Shown: positions 19,081 to 29,230, numbered from the stretch's first letter. The stretch: 64,000 nucleotides of DNA from an uncultured delta proteobacterium (GCA_963782055.1 CAWAIF010000003.1:6208001-6272000), one strand, 5' to 3'. Numbers and translations: made by a program. Notes: a model not told the origin generated them from the sequence alone.

Positions 19081-19935
19081 TCAGCGGGCGGGCGGAACGG
19101 CGGCGACGGAGAGCACGCCGAGGTCCTCCTGGGCGTGGCCGCTCGCCAGGAGCTCATCCATGCGCCTCGCGAGGGCCGGCAGCACCGCGAGGGGCACCTC
19201 GCCTGCTGCCTCGATCATGAGCCGCGCGTCCTTGCGGGCCATGCTCAGCTCGAAGCTGGCCCGGTAGTCGCCCCTGGCCATCGCCCCGCCGCGGTAGCCG
19301 ATGACGCCCGCCGGGTTGAACTTGCCGAAGAGGGCGTGCGCGTCGGTCGCAGGGATGCCGAGGCTCTTCGCGATGGCGTAGACATCCGCCAGGCCGCCGA
19401 CGATGGCGAGGATCATGGCGTTGCCGAAGAGCTTGTAGGCCGCGGCGAGGTCCCGCCGCTCCCCGACGTACTCCAGGGTGCCGGTCATCGGCTCCAGCGC
19501 CGGCTTCGCGCGCTCGAAGGTGGCTCGCGGCGCGGCGGCGAGCATGATGCCCTTGGCCTCGCGTGCGGCGGAGGGAGACATGAAGACCGGGGCGTGGACG
19601 AAGGCGATGCCCTCCGCCTCCAGCCTCGCGGCGCGCGCGGCGGTGCCCGCGGGCGAGGCCGTCGTATGATCGATGACGAGGGCGTCGCGGAGGGCGTCGC
19701 CACACTGCTCGAGCACCGCGTCCACCGCGGCGTCGTCGCTCAAGGCGAGGTGCACCCGCTCGGCGCCCGTGGCGGCCTCCCGCGGGGACTTCGCGACGCG
19801 GGCGCCCACCTTGGCGAGCGCCTCCGCCTTCGCCGCGGTCCTGTTCCACACCGTCACCTGCTCGCCGCGGCGCGCCGCCGCCTCCGCCAGCGCGCCGCCG
19901 ATGAGCCCCGTCCCTAGGAAGGTCGTCTTGGCCAT
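19081..19935 (-). CDS. Beta-hydroxyacid dehydrogenase family oxidoreductase
   Basis: FLGTGLIG, VWNRT, HAPV, YKLFGN, MARKD. Confidence 0.88.
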   Translation of the reverse strand: MAKTTFLGTGLIGGALAEAAARRGEQVTVWNRTAAKAEALAKVGARVAKSPREAATGAERVHLALSDDAAVDAVLEQCGDALRDALVIDHTTASPAGTAARAARLEAEGIAFVHAPVFMSPSAAREAKGIMLAAAPRATFERAKPALEPMTGTLEYVGERRDLAAAYKLFGNAMILAIVGGLADVYAIAKSLGIPATDAHALFGKFNPAGVIGYRGGAMARGDYRASFELSMARKDARLMIEAAGEVPLAVLPALARRMDELLASGHAQEDLGVLSVAAVPPAR

Positions 19936-20025
19936 GAGGAGGAGCATGCCAAAACGACCGGGGAACGCTACACCAAGACGGCCGCCGGCTGGTCCAAACC
20001 CCCGCGCTGATGTACGCCTCGTACG

Positions 20026-21264
20026 ATGCTCCATCGCCTCCGCATCCGCGGCTTCAAGTCACTCCACGACGTCGACGCCAAGCTCGCGCCCGTCGTCGTG
20101 CTCTTCGGTCCGAACGCGGTGGGAAAGAGCAACTTCCTGGAGGCCGTGCTGCTGCTGTCTCGGCTCGTGGGCGAACGCACCGTCGCAGAAGCCTTTGGAC
20201 CACCGCTCCGAGGGTACCCGATGGAGGCCTTCAGCTTGCCCGCTGGTGGTCTGCCGCAGCTACTCAGCCAGTCGTCCGCGTCGCTACGTCTCGATGCCAC
20301 GGTGACGGGCGCGGAGTCACCGCTTCGCTACGCCGTCGAGGTCGAGGCGACGCCGGGAACCGGCAGGCTCGCCGTGACCGACGAGTACCTCGCTCGCCTG
20401 AAGCGGGATGGCGAGCCGAAGGGTCCCCCGCGCATCGAGAAGGCCGGCGACCATCTCGTCGTGCGGCGGTACAACGAGGCGGGTCACCCCAGGCAGGAGC
20501 CGCTAGGGCTGAATCATACGCAGGCATCCAACCTCCAGTTCTCCGGCGAGACTCGGTACCCCGACTTCGACCGACTCCGGCAAGAGGTCGGCGCGTGGCG
20601 CTCGTACTACCTCGATCCGGCAACGGCGATGCGCTCCGCCCAGCCACCGCGAGACGTCTTGGACATCGGCAGCGCAGGCGAGCACATCGCTCCGTTCCTG
20701 TATCGAATCCAGGGGGACGAGGCGCAGCGCAAGCACTTCCTCGCCGTCCAGCGAGCTCTTCGGGCGGCCATTCCGTCGATCGAAGCGCTCGGCGTCGGGC
20801 TCGACAAGGAGCGAGGCACGCTCGAGATCCGGATCCGGCAGCACGGCACGGACTACTCTTCTCGCGTCATCTCCGAGGGGACGATGCGCATTCTCGCGCT
20901 GTGCGCCATCGCGGCCAATCCCTGGCCGAGCTCCTTGGTCGCCTTCGAGGAGCCCGAGAACGGCGTCCACCCACGACGCATCGAGGTGATCGCCGACATT
21001 CTCTCCTCGATCGGCCGGCGCACGCAGCTGTTGCTGACCACGCACTCACCGACGCTGGTCGCCGCGATGCTGCAGAGGCAACGCCAGGACCAGAACCACG
21101 TCCTCTTGCTCCGCTGTGTCCAGGAGGACGCCGGGACCCACTTGATACCCTTCGTGGATCCCGGCGCACTCTTCGAAGACGAGCCCATCCAGCAAGCCTT
21201 GCGGGGCAGCGAAGACGAACTGATCATGACGGACATGCTCATCCGCGGTTGGCTCGATGGCTAG
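20026..21264 (+). CDS. ABC-type (AAA_21-like) ATPase
   Basis: IRGFKS, GPNAVGKS (Walker A), SEGT signature, FEEPENGVHP (Walker B/D-loop), TTHSP. Confidence 0.9.
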   Translation: MLHRLRIRGFKSLHDVDAKLAPVVVLFGPNAVGKSNFLEAVLLLSRLVGERTVAEAFGPPLRGYPMEAFSLPAGGLPQLLSQSSASLRLDATVTGAESPLRYAVEVEATPGTGRLAVTDEYLARLKRDGEPKGPPRIEKAGDHLVVRRYNEAGHPRQEPLGLNHTQASNLQFSGETRYPDFDRLRQEVGAWRSYYLDPATAMRSAQPPRDVLDIGSAGEHIAPFLYRIQGDEAQRKHFLAVQRALRAAIPSIEALGVGLDKERGTLEIRIRQHGTDYSSRVISEGTMRILALCAIAANPWPSSLVAFEEPENGVHPRRIEVIADILSSIGRRTQLLLTTHSPTLVAAMLQRQRQDQNHVLLLRCVQEDAGTHLIPFVDPGALFEDEPIQQALRGSEDELIMTDMLIRGWLDG

Positions 21265-21850
21265 GTCCGTCGACCTCTTCTGCGAGGACCGCGGGCATGA
21301 GCAGTTCGTGCGGCCGCTGGTGACCAGGCTCGCAAGCAAGGTCGGGGTGAACGTGCAAGTCCGTGTTCGCTCGGCCAGAGGTGGCCATGGCCGTGCGGAG
21401 TCGGAGCTCAAGGCGTGGCAGCGGGCAGCAACGCGGCTTGGCGACGTCCCGGACCTTCTGATCGTCGTGATCGACGGCAACTGCACGGGGTGGCATGCTG
21501 CAAGGGCCGCGCTCCTGGAAGTGATCGACACGTCCATCTTCCCGCACGTCGTGATCGGATGTCCTGACCCGCACGTGGAACGCTGGTGCCTTGCCGATCC
21601 GCTCGCCTTCCAAGCCGTCGTGGGAGTACCGCCACCTCCCGACCCGGGGAAGTGCGAGCGGGACTTGTACAAGAAGCTTCTCCGCACGGCTCTCGAGCAG
21701 GCGCACCAACCCATCCTGACTGACGTGATGGAGTATGCTCCGGAGCTCGTGGAGCGAGCGGACCTCTATACGCTTCAGACGGCCGAGCCGTCGCTCGCCA
21801 AGTTCGTCACAGCACTCGACGCGGCTCTGAAGCGACTGGCGCCCGCGTGA
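21257..21850 (+). CDS. TOPRIM-like partner protein (DUF4276/RloB-like)
   Basis: LFCEDRGH N-terminal Glu, IVVIDGNC, HVERW; overlaps the ATPase stop. Confidence 0.65.
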   Translation: MARSVDLFCEDRGHEQFVRPLVTRLASKVGVNVQVRVRSARGGHGRAESELKAWQRAATRLGDVPDLLIVVIDGNCTGWHAARAALLEVIDTSIFPHVVIGCPDPHVERWCLADPLAFQAVVGVPPPPDPGKCERDLYKKLLRTALEQAHQPILTDVMEYAPELVERADLYTLQTAEPSLAKFVTALDAALKRLAPA

Positions 21851-23304
21851 AGTCTGCTCTCGGCATCCGTCCGGGATCGCTGCGCGATTGGCTGCTGCCA
21901 CTCGCGTTCGGACCTCTGGCGCTCGCCGCGTGCTCGCCCTCGCCATCAACGCCGCCCGCGGACGACGCCGGCGCCGGAGACGACGCGCCGAGCTGGCTGG
22001 GGGACGCGGGCCTGGTGGTGCGACCGCCGGTGCAGACGCCGCTGCGAAAGGAGTGCGGGATCGCCTCCAACCCGGGGGACATGCCGCTCGGGGCGGATGC
22101 GGCGTCGGCGTTCCTCCGCAAGGGCTACTTCGACGCCGCGCTCGACCTGGGCGGCGTGATGGTCCGTCGCGACTTCCGGTGGGCGCAGATCGAGCCGCAG
22201 AAGGGGACGTTCGACTTCACCCTCTACGACGCGCTGGTGTCGGAGGCGCAGGCGCGCGGGGTGCCGCTGCTCGGCGCGCTGCTCTACGGCGCGCCGTGGG
22301 CGAACGCGGGCTCGGGCGGCGACGAGTTCTACCCGCCGACGGACCCGGGGGACTTCGCCGACTACGCGCGCGCCACCGCGGAGCACTTCAAGGGGAAGGT
22401 GGCGGCGTGGGAGGTGTGGAACGAGCCGAACGGCGGGTTCCGCTTCTGGAAGGGCACCCTCAGCGGCGATCCCGCCGCGTACGGGGCGCTGCTCATCGAC
22501 GCGCACGACGCGGTGCGCCAGGCAGACCCGAACGTGCCCGTGCTGCTTGGGGGGACGGTGTTCACGCCGCAGCTCATCGACGGCGCGATGACGTTCCTCG
22601 GCAAGGCGTACGACGCGCACCCGGACCTCGCCTCGCACTTCGAGATCGCGGGGATCCACACGTACGCTTCGTACCCTCCGGAGCGCGCGCCGGAGGTGGG
22701 CGAGCTGGACGATCCGCCGCTGGAGGCGAAGATCCAGATGCACGCGTGGCTGCTGGCGCAGCACGGCGGCGGGGACAAGCCCATCTGGATCACCGAGATC
22801 GGCTGGCCGGTGGTGGAGGGCGCGGTGGACGAGGCGGCGCAGGCGCGCTTCACCGTTCGCGCGACGATCCTCGCCGCGCACGCGGGGGCGAGCGGCATCT
22901 TCTGGTACACGCTGCGCGACGGCCCGGACCCGGCGGCGTTCCCTCCGGAGGACGCCTTCGGGCTGCTGCACGACGACGCGGACCCGGCGAACGCGAAGGA
23001 GGCGACGCCCAAGCCGGTGTACCTCGCGCTCAAGGCGATGCTGGCGCGTGTGGGCGACATGTGGCCGACGACCCAGGACGCGACGATCGACGGTCTGCCC
23101 GCCGACGCCCGGGCGATCGTGTTTCGCGGCGCCTCCGGCCCGGCCGTGACCGCCGTGTGGACCGTCACGACGGCGGCCGCGACGGCCACGTGGCGCGGGG
23201 GCCCGGCGGATGTGGTGGGCGAGATGGGCGACACGGTCGGGAGCGTGGACGCCGGCGGGAGCGTCGCCATCGGGCCCGACGTGGTCTACGTGGCGGCCCG
23301 CTGA
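21847..23304 (+). CDS. Clan GH-A glycoside hydrolase lipoprotein (GH5/GH39-like)
   Basis: LAAC lipobox, WEVWNEPN, HTY, IWITEIGW, FWY, FGLL. Confidence 0.85.
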   Translation: MKSALGIRPGSLRDWLLPLAFGPLALAACSPSPSTPPADDAGAGDDAPSWLGDAGLVVRPPVQTPLRKECGIASNPGDMPLGADAASAFLRKGYFDAALDLGGVMVRRDFRWAQIEPQKGTFDFTLYDALVSEAQARGVPLLGALLYGAPWANAGSGGDEFYPPTDPGDFADYARATAEHFKGKVAAWEVWNEPNGGFRFWKGTLSGDPAAYGALLIDAHDAVRQADPNVPVLLGGTVFTPQLIDGAMTFLGKAYDAHPDLASHFEIAGIHTYASYPPERAPEVGELDDPPLEAKIQMHAWLLAQHGGGDKPIWITEIGWPVVEGAVDEAAQARFTVRATILAAHAGASGIFWYTLRDGPDPAAFPPEDAFGLLHDDADPANAKEATPKPVYLALKAMLARVGDMWPTTQDATIDGLPADARAIVFRGASGPAVTAVWTVTTAAATATWRGGPADVVGEMGDTVGSVDAGGSVAIGPDVVYVAAR

Positions 23305-23361
23305 TCCGCGTCCCCCTCGTGCTCGGGTGAGGGGTAGAGTGGCGCACTCGAAGGAGGCCCC

Positions 23362-23742
23362 ATGACCCAGCAGCCCCAGCAGGGGACGCCGTACCGCGTC
23401 GGCGTCGAGCAGACCGTCCGCATCATCGTCACCACCGGCAACGAGGTCGCCGGGTATCGCGTCGCGAGCTACCTCGGCATCGTGCGCGGGATCATCGTGC
23501 GCTCCCCCAGCTTCGCGCAGGGCTTCGTCGGCGCGTTCAAGCAGCTCGGCGGCGGCAACATCAAGGAGTACGTCGAGGTGTGCGAGATCGCCCGCCACGA
23601 GGCGTACGTGAAGATGCTGGAGCACGCCGAGGCGATGGGCGCGCACGCGATCATCGGCATGCGCTACGACGCGACGGAGTTCATGACGAGCACCACCGAG
23701 GTGCTCGCCTACGGCACCGCCGTTCGCCTTGAGCAGGCGTGA
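23362..23742 (+). CDS. ybjQ: UPF0145/YbjQ family protein
   Basis: VTTGNEVAGYRV..YLGIVRG, GGNIKEY, AIIGMRYD, LAYGTAV. Confidence 0.92.
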   Translation: MTQQPQQGTPYRVGVEQTVRIIVTTGNEVAGYRVASYLGIVRGIIVRSPSFAQGFVGAFKQLGGGNIKEYVEVCEIARHEAYVKMLEHAEAMGAHAIIGMRYDATEFMTSTTEVLAYGTAVRLEQA

Positions 23743-23901
23743 TCGCGCGCCGCGGCGGCCCTTCCGCTCTCCGCCGCCATCGCTCCCCCCGCGCTCGCCG
23801 CCCCGCCCTCCGTCCCGACCGTCCCTCCCCCCCGTCACCTCTCTTCCCCAACCGCCCACCCCTGTCCCCCCTGTCCCCCCTCCCTGTCCCCGGACACCAA
23901 A

Positions 23902-23933
23902 CGTCGGACTGCAAGCGCGCTCGCACTCCGACG
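23902..23933. repeat. 32-bp imperfect palindrome, copy 6 (upstream of MarR B)
   Basis: AAA-CGTCGGACTGCAAGCGCGCTCGCACTCCGACG-TTT. Confidence 0.88.
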
Positions 23934-23963
23934 TTTCGCGGGGAATCTGGGGAGAGGGGGGGG

Positions 23964-23979
23964 TGGCATGGGGCGTGCT
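23964..23979 (+). promoter_or_regulatory. Putative sigma54 -24/-12 promoter of MarR copy B
   Basis: TGGCATGGGGCGTGCT, same offset to the ATG as in copy A. Confidence 0.65.
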
Positions 23980-23991
23980 CTGGGGGTGGGG

Positions 23992-24588
23992 ATGGACCCT
24001 CTGTTCTTCACAATCAAGCGCGCCTATTACGCCACGCTGCGGCTCACGCGGCGGGCGCTCGCGGCGATGGGGCTCACGGCGGCGCGGTTCGACCTGCTCG
24101 ACGCGCTCTATCGACTCGGGACGGGCGCGGTGAACCTCCAGAGCAACCTTCGGCGAGGGCTCGGCGTGGCGCGCTCCACCATCAGCCGCATGATGATCTC
24201 CCTCGAGCGGCTGGGGCTGATCACGCGTCGGCGCGATGGGCGCGACTGCATCGTCAAGCTCACGCCGGAGGGGCGACGGCGCGTCCGGCGCGCGTTCTTC
24301 GGGCTGGTGCTCGTGGGACACGTCGGACTGGCGCTCGACGGCGCCCTCGCACCGGGCGAGCGCCGGTGGCCTGCCGCGCGTGCATGCGCGAGCGCCCGCA
24401 GACACCTGGGGGCGCTCTGCATGCGCATCCGGCTCGGGTTCGGCGACGAGGCCACGCTGGACAGGCTCACCGAAGGTGGCTTCTGGTTCTTGCGAGACGA
24501 GGAGCGCACGCGCCGCGCGCGGGCCCGCCGAGAAGGCCACCGGCGCGCCATCGACGGCGTGTTCGCGGTCGACGCGTCCTCGTCCTGA
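23992..24588 (+). CDS. MarR-like winged-helix protein, copy B
   Basis: 66 of the first 67 residues are identical to copy A. Confidence 0.85.
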   Translation: MDPLFFTIKRAYYATLRLTRRALAAMGLTAARFDLLDALYRLGTGAVNLQSNLRRGLGVARSTISRMMISLERLGLITRRRDGRDCIVKLTPEGRRRVRRAFFGLVLVGHVGLALDGALAPGERRWPAARACASARRHLGALCMRIRLGFGDEATLDRLTEGGFWFLRDEERTRRARARREGHRRAIDGVFAVDASSS

Positions 24589-24596
24589 CCGTTGTC

Positions 24597-24655
24597 GTCC
24601 GCGGCGTCCGCGGCGTCCGCGGCGTCCGCGTCGTCCGCGGCGTCCGCGGCGTCCG
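24597..24655. repeat. 9-bp intergenic tandem repeat (6 units)
   Basis: (GTCCGCGGC)n with one GTCCGCGTC variant. Confidence 0.9.
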
Positions 24656-24697
24656 GCGCAAGCGCCACCCGTGACGCCGGCAGGATCCGCCGGCGCC

Positions 24698-25876
24698 TCA
24701 GGGGCAGTCGACGGGCAGCACGTCGTAGACGTAGGTGGAGCCCCCCGCCGTGACGCTCACGCGGTAGACGTCCCCCACCTGCGGGGTCCACCCGCTCGGC
24801 GAGAAGGAGATGGCGTCGTCGCCGAAGCCCTGGTTGAGCTTCTGCGTGGACACCGCGACGTCCTTGTTCGCGCCCATGTCCTTGACGGCGATGACGGCGC
24901 CGGAGATCACGCTCTTCTGCTTGATGTGGAAGCTCCACGGCGTCGTCTGCGCGACCGCCTTGGGCACGTAGCCGGAGGGCGGCCACGAGTACCACGCGGG
25001 GTACGGCCCGGTGCCGCTGGTGTCGAAGACGCCGAGGCACTGCGCCTTGCCCTGGTAGCCGTTGTTGCCGCCCTCGTAGTAGCCGACGCCCACCTTGCCC
25101 AGGTTGGGGTGGAGCACCCACCGGCGGTGGCCGAGCGTCGTCGCGTTGCCCGGGTCGCTGACGTACAGGTCGATCGAGTCCGCGCAGGAGGTCCCCCACG
25201 CGAGGTTGCTCTGCCCCGACCACGTCGCGCCGAGCGCGTTGTAGCAGGTGGCCGTGTTGGGCGGGCTGTGCGGGTTGCTCAGGCTCTTCGGGTTGTTCCA
25301 CGCCTGGATGACGGCGCACGCCTGGTCGCCCTGATCCTTGGTCGCGTCGTCGGTGACGGGGTCGAGCCCCTCCATCCACCGGTACATGTTCGTACGCACC
25401 AGCGTGTCGGTGATGCCGCCCGCGGCGAGCGTCCCCACGTCGCACTGGTTCTGCCCCGCCGTGAACGGCTTGGGCGTGGTGACGACGTGCCCGTCCTTCC
25501 AGTGCTGGCAGACGTCCGCCTGCGTGTGCGACGAGGGCGTGCCCGCCGCGGCCGGCGTGCACCCGCCGTTGCCGTCGGGCACGTAGCCCGGGCTGCAGAC
25601 GCAGGATGCGTCGTTCAGGCACGTCTCGCCCGCGCCGCACACCGAGCTGCCGCAGGGCGCGGGGCCGGAGTCTTGCGGCAGCGCGCCGTCCAGCAGGATG
25701 TTGGACTCGTCGCCGCCGCCATCGCCGATACCGCCACCGTCGGTGGCCGCGCTGTCGTCACCGCTGCAGGCGAGCAGGAGCGCGCTGCCCCCGACGCACA
25801 ACGCCACCGCCCATCGCCCCAGCCCCACGCCCCCTTCGGGCCGTCGGCCGGCCAACCGCCGGAGCTCCGTCGCCAT
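24698..25876 (-). CDS. Lipoprotein with a Cys-rich segment and a CAP/SCP domain
   Basis: LLACS lipobox, NMYRWMEGL, HSPP, SNLAW, LGHRRWVLHP, VGVG. Confidence 0.8.
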   Translation of the reverse strand: MATELRRLAGRRPEGGVGLGRWAVALCVGGSALLLACSGDDSAATDGGGIGDGGGDESNILLDGALPQDSGPAPCGSSVCGAGETCLNDASCVCSPGYVPDGNGGCTPAAAGTPSSHTQADVCQHWKDGHVVTTPKPFTAGQNQCDVGTLAAGGITDTLVRTNMYRWMEGLDPVTDDATKDQGDQACAVIQAWNNPKSLSNPHSPPNTATCYNALGATWSGQSNLAWGTSCADSIDLYVSDPGNATTLGHRRWVLHPNLGKVGVGYYEGGNNGYQGKAQCLGVFDTSGTGPYPAWYSWPPSGYVPKAVAQTTPWSFHIKQKSVISGAVIAVKDMGANKDVAVSTQKLNQGFGDDAISFSPSGWTPQVGDVYRVSVTAGGSTYVYDVLPVDCP

Positions 25877-25942
25877 GGTGACCTCCCGCGCGCCCGGCGA
25901 GGGGCGCGAAGGTAGAGGTTAGCACGAGGCGCTACGCAGGCG

Positions 25943-26182
25943 TCAGAACGGGTCTTTCTTCGTCGCGGCCTCGATCCGGTCGACGAAGGCTTGCTTCAGC
26001 TCGCTCAGCGTGAGCTTCGGCGGGATCTTGTTCACGTCCACCGAGGCGATCGGCTTGAGGACGCGGCCGACGATCGTCACCTCGCTGATGGTGATGACCC
26101 GGCCCTTCGTCTTGCCCTGGGCGAAGGCGTCCTGCGTGATGAAGAGCCCCAGCCCCGCGAGCGCCGCCACCACGAGCTTCAT
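25943..26182 (-). CDS. Small secreted protein, GltF/CglF-like
   Basis: Signal peptide ending AFAQ; VTIVGRVLKP...FVDRI..ATKKDPF pattern recalled from myxobacterial GltF-like proteins. Confidence 0.55.
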   Translation of the reverse strand: MKLVVAALAGLGLFITQDAFAQGKTKGRVITISEVTIVGRVLKPIASVDVNKIPPKLTLSELKQAFVDRIEAATKKDPF

Positions 26183-26259
26183 GCGTCCGTGCCTCATCCC
26201 TCGAGGCTACCACGAGACGCGGGGGCGCGCTGCGCCAGGGTGTCTGCCCAGTGTCGGCC

Positions 26260-26288
26260 TTGACACCGGCCCCGCGGGCCGCTACTTC
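26260..26288 (+). promoter_or_regulatory. Possible sigma70 promoter of tRNA-Val
   Basis: TTGACA-N17-TACTTC (perfect -35, weak -10). Confidence 0.5.
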
Positions 26289-26312
26289 CACGGGCTCGCC
26301 TTTCCAGGGCGC

Positions 26313-26384
<72 letters not shown>

Positions 26385-26430
26385 CAACTTTTCCGCGGGT
26401 TTCCGCGGATCGTTGAACAAGCCGGATCGG

Positions 26431-26454
26431 CTTCACACGACCTTTCACACGACC
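26431..26454 (+). repeat. Tandem arm-type site pair near attL
   Basis: CTTCACACGACCTTTCACACGACC, identical to 37762-37785. Confidence 0.8.
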
Positions 26455-26508
26455 ACGCAGCGCGTCAGGCGAACGAGGCGGTTCACGTCGAGATCGTGAG
26501 GAACCCGC

Positions 26509-27540
26509 ATGCCCGTTCTCGACATCCCGCATCGCGTGGTGAAGTTCGCCACAGCGCTCCCGACGTTTCCTGCGCGCGCCGCTGTTCATGCGCAACTGGC
26601 GCCGAAGGAACTCTTCGGCGACGAGTCGCTCTCTGGACGGCTCGTGGTCAACGCTGGCGGTCAGCAGGTCCAGCTTCGCGCCGACATGTGGCACGGCGGA
26701 ATCTTGCGTGACGGCGGCGGTCGTCTTCCCAACGCTCATGTGAGCGCGATGTTCTTCAATCTCGCCCTACGCGTCGAAGGAAGCATCGCGATCGTCGAAG
26801 GCGAGTTGGACTCCGAGGGAAGCTTGCGGCGTTGCATCGAGATGGTTGCGACGGAGCTGCCCGCACTCTTGTCGAACGCTCTTCATGCCCCCGTGCTTGT
26901 GGCCGATGTTTTCGGTACGGTCGGCGAGCGTTCGTTTGAGGTCGAGGTTCGGGGCGAGTTCCAGAACGTGATGTACTCGGCGGGGTCATCGACGATGGCC
27001 ACGTCAATCGAGGAAGAGATGGTTCGCATCTCGAAGGTCCCAGCGGAGGGTGCAGCGAGATTGTTCGCGGCGTACCGCTACGTGAACCACGCTCGGTGGC
27101 TTGCGTATCGGGGGGCGCATCCGGCTCAGTTCGCAGGCGAACAACTTCTGAATCTGAACAAGGCTGTCGAAGTCCTCCTGCCTCACGGCGGATCGATCGA
27201 AAAGCTACGCACCAGCTTGCGGAGCCTCGGGGTGCGCGAAGAGGTCGTCGAACTGATCGCCGCTCTCGCATATGTCCGCAACCAAGTAGATGTCGGTCAC
27301 GCGGCCGTCGAGGTGCTGGATGTCAAAGAGCACTGCAACCTGCACACGTTCGTCCTCTACGCGATGGAGATCGTGGGGTGGCTCGTTGGGCACGTCTCGC
27401 AACTCGCTGGCGAGGGCCGACTCAAGCTGTCGCCACTCGCTGCCAACGCCAAGAAGCCGCGCGACGAAACGCTGTCGCGAGTTGGGGAACTCCTGGGCAA
27501 AGTGAACCCAGTCCGCCCGGAGACGTTTCTTCGCAAGTAA
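26509..27540 (+). CDS. Hypothetical protein with a C-terminal HEPN-like domain (ApeA-like)
   Basis: Helical C-terminus with LNLNKAVEVL and RNQVDVGH (R-x6-H); GAGGA RBS. Confidence 0.6.
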   Translation: MPVLDIPHRVVKFATALPTFPARAAVHAQLAPKELFGDESLSGRLVVNAGGQQVQLRADMWHGGILRDGGGRLPNAHVSAMFFNLALRVEGSIAIVEGELDSEGSLRRCIEMVATELPALLSNALHAPVLVADVFGTVGERSFEVEVRGEFQNVMYSAGSSTMATSIEEEMVRISKVPAEGAARLFAAYRYVNHARWLAYRGAHPAQFAGEQLLNLNKAVEVLLPHGGSIEKLRTSLRSLGVREEVVELIAALAYVRNQVDVGHAAVEVLDVKEHCNLHTFVLYAMEIVGWLVGHVSQLAGEGRLKLSPLAANAKKPRDETLSRVGELLGKVNPVRPETFLRK

Positions 27541-27560
27541 TTGTTGCATCGGAGTCGCAC

Positions 27561-28529
27561 GTGTTCATCGTCGATCGCGACGACATTCGCCTCACCCAAA
27601 CGTTCAAGCCAAGAACGGATCCGCTGCTCCTGCGCTCCGACGAACCTTGCCCGTGTGGCAATGGCGCCTTGCTCGGGAAATGTTGCGGACGAAATCGGCT
27701 CTGGCATTGCCCAAGACCCGTCATGCTGCGCGCGAAGGTTCCATCAGTTCGTTTCCGCAATCGTGATTGCTTCGCGTCTTCCGACTGGGGATGCACGTCC
27801 AAAACGTCGTCGGAGCACGTGATGAGCGCGTCGGTGCTGCGCGCATTCACGGGCGGCCGTGAGACGGTCATGATCACCGGCCATCCGTGGCAGAGGGAGA
27901 AGGAGCAGACCGTCGGGATCGGGAACCTCGGCGCAAAGGTTCTCTGCACGAGGCACAACGCGCTATTCAGCCGCCTCGACGATTTCATGGGCCGTACGTT
28001 CACGACGCTGCGGACCGAGACGCGTTCATTGCGTGACGGTGCCGATGGAGCGCGCGTGAGAGCGCAGCTCGTCAACGGGCACGACATCGAGCGATGGATG
28101 CTCAAGGCGCTTTGTGGTCTGCTACGCGTCCGCCCATGCAAGGGCGTCGGCGGCAATCTGTGGCGCCCTCCAGATTCATGGCTCCAGATCGTCAAGGGGG
28201 AGAAATCGTGGCCGCCAGGGTGGGGTCTGTACGTAGATCATGATCCCGGTGTCGCGTGGACGACGATGGTCACGCTGCCGATGATCTCGGAGCCGCCTCG
28301 ACCCCTGCCGATTGGACTCACGATTTGGTTCCATGGTCTGGTTCTGCGGCTGCTTGTGGTCGATCCGCAGCGGGCAACGCTGGTCGGCAGCGGGCCGCGT
28401 TACCACCGTCTCCGCGAGATCCGCTGGTGGTCCGAAGCCGAAGCGTGGTCGTTGCTTCTCGGGTGGAAGCAGGAGAGTCGGAATCCGACAGCACGCTTGA
28501 ATGTGCCCATCACGTTGCACCGCGCCTAG
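27561..28529 (+). CDS. SEC-C motif protein with an HNH-like region (start uncertain)
   Basis: PCPCGNG..LGKCC; SSEHVMS...VLCTRHNALFSRLD. Confidence 0.62.
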   Translation: MFIVDRDDIRLTQTFKPRTDPLLLRSDEPCPCGNGALLGKCCGRNRLWHCPRPVMLRAKVPSVRFRNRDCFASSDWGCTSKTSSEHVMSASVLRAFTGGRETVMITGHPWQREKEQTVGIGNLGAKVLCTRHNALFSRLDDFMGRTFTTLRTETRSLRDGADGARVRAQLVNGHDIERWMLKALCGLLRVRPCKGVGGNLWRPPDSWLQIVKGEKSWPPGWGLYVDHDPGVAWTTMVTLPMISEPPRPLPIGLTIWFHGLVLRLLVVDPQRATLVGSGPRYHRLREIRWWSEAEAWSLLLGWKQESRNPTARLNVPITLHRA

Positions 28530-29230
28530 CGCTTCGCACCTTTGGCTGTTCGAGCGGTCGCGATGTCCACGACCTTCCCGATCGCCTCGCGCATCTCGTG
28601 CTCCCCGGGGGTCGAGTACCTGACGACCATGGCGTCGGTCGCGTGGCCAGAGATGGCCTTCTTCACGACGTGCTCGATACCGGCGGCGCGGGAGAGGTCC
28701 TGGAACGTTCGGCGCCCCGCCTTGGGCGTGATCTTCTTCGTGAGCCCGATCGCCTTCGCGACCTTCGCGAATGGATCCTGTAGCGAAGACGAGCACCGGA
28801 AGCTCCCGCTACGTGCCGGGAAGAGGAGGTCGCTCTCCAGTTGCTCATCGCTCGTGAGTTGGGTCTTGATGTGCCAGTCGAGAACGGCGCACACCTCGGG
28901 CGGGAGCGCGATCCGTTGGTCCAGCTTGGTCTTCGTTCGCTCGACTGCATCGCCCCCGAAGGTGTACGAGCGACGCACAAGAAGGAGGCCCTCACCCGGG
29001 ATGTAGTCGCGGTTCGGGCCTGAGCGACGGAGCGGACGGAGCGTCGAAGGACGATGCCCGATGACAAATGCGAGCAGGGTGATCGCGTAGTGCTGGGGAA
29101 ACCGCTGGCGCATCTTGGCGAGGAAGGCGCGCACTTCCTCGGTGGTCAGGCTGTTGGGCTCCTCGTGCGTGTAGGTCCTGCGCATGTTCGACCGGAATTG
29201 GCCGAGATCGCGGAAGCACCCGTTCAACCA
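28526..29230 (-). pseudogene. Tyrosine recombinase, catalytic domain only (N-terminus missing)
   Basis: GHRPSTL (R), TKT (K), KAGRRTF, ISGH, VVRYS (Y); no room for arm- or core-binding domains. Confidence 0.8.
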
